Source: Candidatus Oxydemutatoraceae bacterium (GTDB lineage: Bacteria > Pseudomonadota > Gammaproteobacteria > Poriferisulfidales > Oxydemutatoraceae). From it: DNA of 64,000 nt. The stretch covers positions 64,001-128,000 of the forward strand of contig CBDCOZ010000001.1 of assembly GCA_965220085.1 (NCBI GenBank), in the 5' to 3' direction. The notes below the pieces were generated by a model. The model had not been told where the DNA came from and searched no databases. It worked only from the letters and a program-made list of their open reading frames with translations. Both the position numbers and the translations under genes were made by a program. Shown here piece by piece: positions 60,319 to 64,000 of the stretch; the first letter of the stretch is position 1; each line of letters starts with the position of its first letter.

Positions 60319-62173
60319 TTAGCGCAACGGGCCTTCCAGGAAGAGGCGCAGGCGCAGTAGCAGACTTGAGCTGGCAACCGCAGGAAGGCCAAGGCTGCAT
60401 CGCTCCTCGTCTGCCGGTGTGGTGGGGTGCTGGTCCTTGAAGGAGGCGCATACGCGAATGTATTTGCCGATATGGGCGGCGCGAGGCGTGAAGCGGGAGG
60501 TGCTGCCCGTTGTCGCGGTGTCTTCTATATCGTCGTAGGCGCCGATTACAAAGGTGGGGCTGGAGGGGGCATCGGCTTCTTGCCACTTCCAACTCAGGGT
60601 GTTTGTATCAACGCCATTTTGATCGGCCACGCCATAGATGGAAGCTGTCAGCGGCGCATTGGCGGCATATGAAGCGCCCATGCCGCCCGTCACCGTGGGC
60701 GCCCCCCCGGCGACCTGTTGCGTGGTTTCTCCCAGAACCAGATTGATGGTGACAGTGCCATGCGAACTGATGGCGGTGGTATCACTCAGAGAGTAGCCGC
60801 GATAAGTGAAACTGGTAAAGCCGGGGGTGATGGAAATGGCCTCGGGGGGAGGTATCCAGAACAGATTTTGCGTAGCGTTGGCGGCAAAGTCGCTGGGGAT
60901 GACTGAGCTCGTATCCTCATTGCCGCGGAGAATGGTTCCGTTCCTCCTGACCAATCTGCCACGGTCAGGCACAGTGATTATTTCCACAATAAAATTGCTT
61001 CTGGTGACGGCGTTGCCATCCGCATCCTTGAAGGCAAAGTCGTTTAGCTGAAAGAGATAGCGATCGCTCCCAACCCCGACATCAACGCTGGTATCCTGGG
61101 CGGCGGGGATGCCGCTTGTCTGGGACGTACCGGCCACAGGAGCGCCGATGTTGCATCGCTCCTCGTCTGCCGGCGCGGGGTGCTGGTCCTTGAAGGAGGC
61201 GCAGACGCGAATGTATTTGCCGACATGGGCGGCGCGCGGCGTGAAGCCGGAGGTGAGGCCGCCCGTTGTCGCGGCGCCCGCTATATCGCTGTAGGCATCA
61301 TCACTGACTGCAGAGGAGCCGCTGGAGGGGATATCGGCCTGTTGCCACTGCCCAGGCAAGGGTGCTTGTATCAATGCCATTTCGATCCTCCACGCCATAG
61401 ATGGAAGCTGTCAGCGGCGCATTGGTGGCATATGAAGCGCCCATGCCGCCCGTCACCGTGGGCGCCCCCCCGGCGACCTGTTGCGTGGTTTCTCCCAGAA
61501 CCAGATTGATGGTGACAGTGCCATGCGAACTGATGGCGGTGGTATCACTCAGAGAGTAGCCGCGATAAGTGAAGCTGGCAAAGCCGGGGGTGATGGAAAT
61601 GGCCTCGGGGGGAGGTATCCAGAACAGATTTTGCGAAGAGTTGGCGGCAAAGTCGCCGGGGATGACTGAGCTCGTATCCTCATTGCCGCGGAGAATGGTT
61701 CCGTTCCTCCTGACCAATCTGCCACGGTCAGGCACAGTGATTATTTCCACAGCAAAATTGCTTCTGGTGACGGCGTTGCCATCCGCATCCTTGAAGGCAA
61801 AGTCGTTTAGCTGAAAGAGATAGCGATCGCTCGCAACCCCGACATCAATGCTGGTATCCTGGGCGGCGGGGATGCCGCTTGTCTGGGCCGAGGCGCAGGT
61901 CGCGCTTAATGCCAGGGACAGGGCCAGCAGGCAACGCGCGGCGGCTCCGGTCATAGCCCGGCGGGCGGTGCCCGCCACTCGCACAGACATCAGGCGCACT
62001 GCAACAGACCACAGCGACAGCATCAACCCACGCACCGCCGGGGGGCGAGACCGCTTTGCGGACTGCGGATATGCGGGTGATAAAAAACGGGTGAGAAGGC
62101 GATACGGCGAAACGCCGACAATCCTCTTATTGACAAGACTGCGCGGGCGTGTATCAAAAGTTTGTCGTTTCAT
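60319..62173 (-). pseudogene. Frameshifted secreted protein with two ~254-aa repeats and a FLEGPLR C-terminus
   Basis: ORFs 61301-62200 and 60319-61398 join if one G is removed from TGGGCAG (61351-61353). Repeat offset is 763 = 762+1. Confidence 0.82.
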
Positions 62174-62215
62174 AATTCTGCTCCCGATGTGGTTGTTCAT
62201 AAAATGTGTTTCTCA

Positions 62216-63439
62216 TTACCGCAAGGGGCCTTCCAGGAAAAGGCGCAAGCGCAAGCGCACGGCAGTCAAACCTATGGTGAGGGTGGCCTCGTTGCTGTCG
62301 GCATCGCCATCGCTGAGGGTGAAGCCAAGGGTGGCGCTTACAAGGGGGGCGCTTGACGAATTGTCGTCGATTACGGTCAAGGTCAGGTCGCCGCCGCTGA
62401 AGTCGCCGTTTGTTATGGCCAGGGTCTGATCCTCCGTCACTGCTTCGTTGTTGAAGTTGAGGGTGAGGCCCGCCTGCGGGGGCAAGGCAGTGATGGTGAC
62501 CGATGCCAACTCATCGCCATCGTCATCGTCATATGCGCCTATGAAGACGCTGGCGGGTATGGTGATGGGCGCACTGTCACCAGCGGAGCGGGAGGCCTGG
62601 TATCTGGCATCGGCAGCCTTCGGCGCGAACTTCACCGTGATGGTGAAAGTGTAATCGGCAGACACGGCAGGGCTGGCAGAATCCGTCACCGTCAGAGTGT
62701 AGGTGGTGGTGGGCATGGCTTCCGTCGGGGTGCCGGAAAACAGATACCAGTAATCAAGAAGGGGATGGTTTCCACCGCTCATACCGGCGGGCAAGGCGGG
62801 TGAAATGCTGAATGTCAGGGGCCTGACGCCGCCGCCGGGGTTGATTGCATAATCAGCTGGCAAAGCCTCGCCAACTATCCAAACCTGATCAGTGCCTCCC
62901 CTATCCAGAGCGGCTTGCAAAGTGGTTAATACGCCGGAAAGACGCGGATGCCATGTGGGCCCCTGCAACACTTCAATGGTGAAGGTATCGCTCACCGTGT
63001 CGCCGTCTGCGTTGGTGGCCGTGTATGTGTAAGTGGTTTCGGCCTTGGCGGCTGTGGGGTTGCCCGCAAGCGCCCTGGTGGAGGCTGTGAATGTCAGACC
63101 CGCAGGCAGGGCGGGTGTGAGCGTATAGGTGTAGGTGCCGTCCGGCAGAGCATTGGGCAACGCGAAGTTTAGCGCGCCCCCATTTGTAGCATACAGCCGA
63201 TCGTGCAAGGCGGCATTGAAGCTGAGCGTCTGCGCGAACGCGGGGGAGGCCGCAACCGACAGCAGCAATATCGCAACCGACAGCCCGGCCACAGCTGGGC
63301 AACGCAACCGCACTGCGGTGCATGGCGAGTATATGAGGGATGGCGGCAGAAAGAGGGCGGCGAGGCGATGAAGCCAGGCGGCCGCAATCCCCTTATTTAA
63401 AAGACTGCGCAGGCGCGTATCAAAAATTTTTCGTTTCAT
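62216..63439 (-). CDS. Secreted protein with two He_PIG-like repeats, a cadherin-like domain and a FLEGPLR C-terminus
   Basis: MKRKIFDTRLRS leader, AFA cleavage-like site, LPAGLTF and DDDGDEL. Confidence 0.85.
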   Translation of the reverse strand: MKRKIFDTRLRSLLNKGIAAAWLHRLAALFLPPSLIYSPCTAVRLRCPAVAGLSVAILLLSVAASPAFAQTLSFNAALHDRLYATNGGALNFALPNALPDGTYTYTLTPALPAGLTFTASTRALAGNPTAAKAETTYTYTATNADGDTVSDTFTIEVLQGPTWHPRLSGVLTTLQAALDRGGTDQVWIVGEALPADYAINPGGGVRPLTFSISPALPAGMSGGNHPLLDYWYLFSGTPTEAMPTTTYTLTVTDSASPAVSADYTFTITVKFAPKAADARYQASRSAGDSAPITIPASVFIGAYDDDDGDELASVTITALPPQAGLTLNFNNEAVTEDQTLAITNGDFSGGDLTLTVIDDNSSSAPLVSATLGFTLSDGDADSNEATLTIGLTAVRLRLRLFLEGPLR

Positions 63440-63481
63440 AGTTCTACTCCCGATGTGGTTTGTATATAAAATGTGTTTCCA

Positions 63482-64000
63482 TTACCGTAGCGGGCCTTCG
63501 AGGAAAAGGCGCAGGCGCAGTAGCAGACTTGAGCCGGATGACGCACCTTCCACAGGAAGGCTAAAGCTGCATCGCTCCTCGGATACCGGCGTGGAGTGCT
63601 GGTCCTTGAAGGAGGCGCATACGCGAAGGTATTTGCCGGCATGCTCGGCGCGCGGCGTGAAGCCGGAGGTGAGGCCGCCCGTTGTCGCGGTGTCCGCTAT
63701 ATCGCTGTAGTCCTCCTCACTGACTACAGAGGTGCCGCTGGAGGGGGCAGCGGCCTCTTGCCACTGCCAGCCCAGGGTGCTTGTATCAATGCCATTTACA
63801 TCAGACACGCCATAGACGGAAGCTGTCAGCGGCGTATTGACGGCATATGAACCGCCCGTGCCGCCCGTCACCGTGGGCGCGCCCTTGGCGGCTGCCTGCG
63901 TGGTTGATGCCACCATGTTGATGGTGACGGTGCCATGCGAACTGAAGGTGCTGATATCATTGTAACTGTAGCCGCGATAAATGAAACTGGTATAGCCGGG
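63482..64000 (-). CDS. Partial FLEGPLR-family protein (5' end beyond window)
   Basis: Frame is open to the window edge. Paralogous to the 60319-62173 repeat unit. Confidence 0.85.
   Translation of the reverse strand, partial: PGYTSFIYRGYSYNDISTFSSHGTVTINMVASTTQAAAKGAPTVTGGTGGSYAVNTPLTASVYGVSDVNGIDTSTLGWQWQEAAAPSSGTSVVSEEDYSDIADTATTGGLTSGFTPRAEHAGKYLRVCASFKDQHSTPVSEERCSFSLPVEGASSGSSLLLRLRLFLEGPLR

Noticed and set aside
21040-64000. Diversity-generating retroelement or integron explanation for the repeats and cassettes
   Set aside because: No reverse transcriptase, integrase or attC-like structure seen, and differences between copies are not adenine-specific.

Overview
Mostly GC-rich proteobacterial (probably gammaproteobacterial) core genome: murJ, tRNA-Arg/Thr, coq7, hsp20-degQ, moaDC-coaBC-dut-algC-argB, nadC-murU-amgK, thiSG-trmB-bioA, ispH, TRAP, thrB, polA, dprA-def-fmt, ntrYX-like, trkAH, rpmB-rpmG. 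The sulfotransferases and Ig-repeat proteins suggest a host-associated lifestyle (inference only). Three things stand out. (1) At ~0.3-4.55 kb there is a type II-C CRISPR locus that looks repurposed. The full-length cas9 ORF keeps its RuvC residues but its HNH catalytic residues are substituted. cas1/cas2 are frameshifted stubs, the array is 3-4 degenerate repeats with embedded extended -10 boxes, and the tracrRNA-like anti-repeat is duplicated. (2) A family of secreted Ig-repeat proteins in two loci (21-24 kb and 58.8-64 kb) shares the near-invariant C-terminus (R/L)LRLRLFLEGPLR-stop. These genes have cassette-like conserved junctions, a poly-C tract, frameshifts and an rpmB fusion. (3) Diverged tandem duplications recur at gene ends and junctions, some with cargo between the copies, and Pol I has degenerate proofreading motifs. 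All calls come from manual reading; no searches were run.
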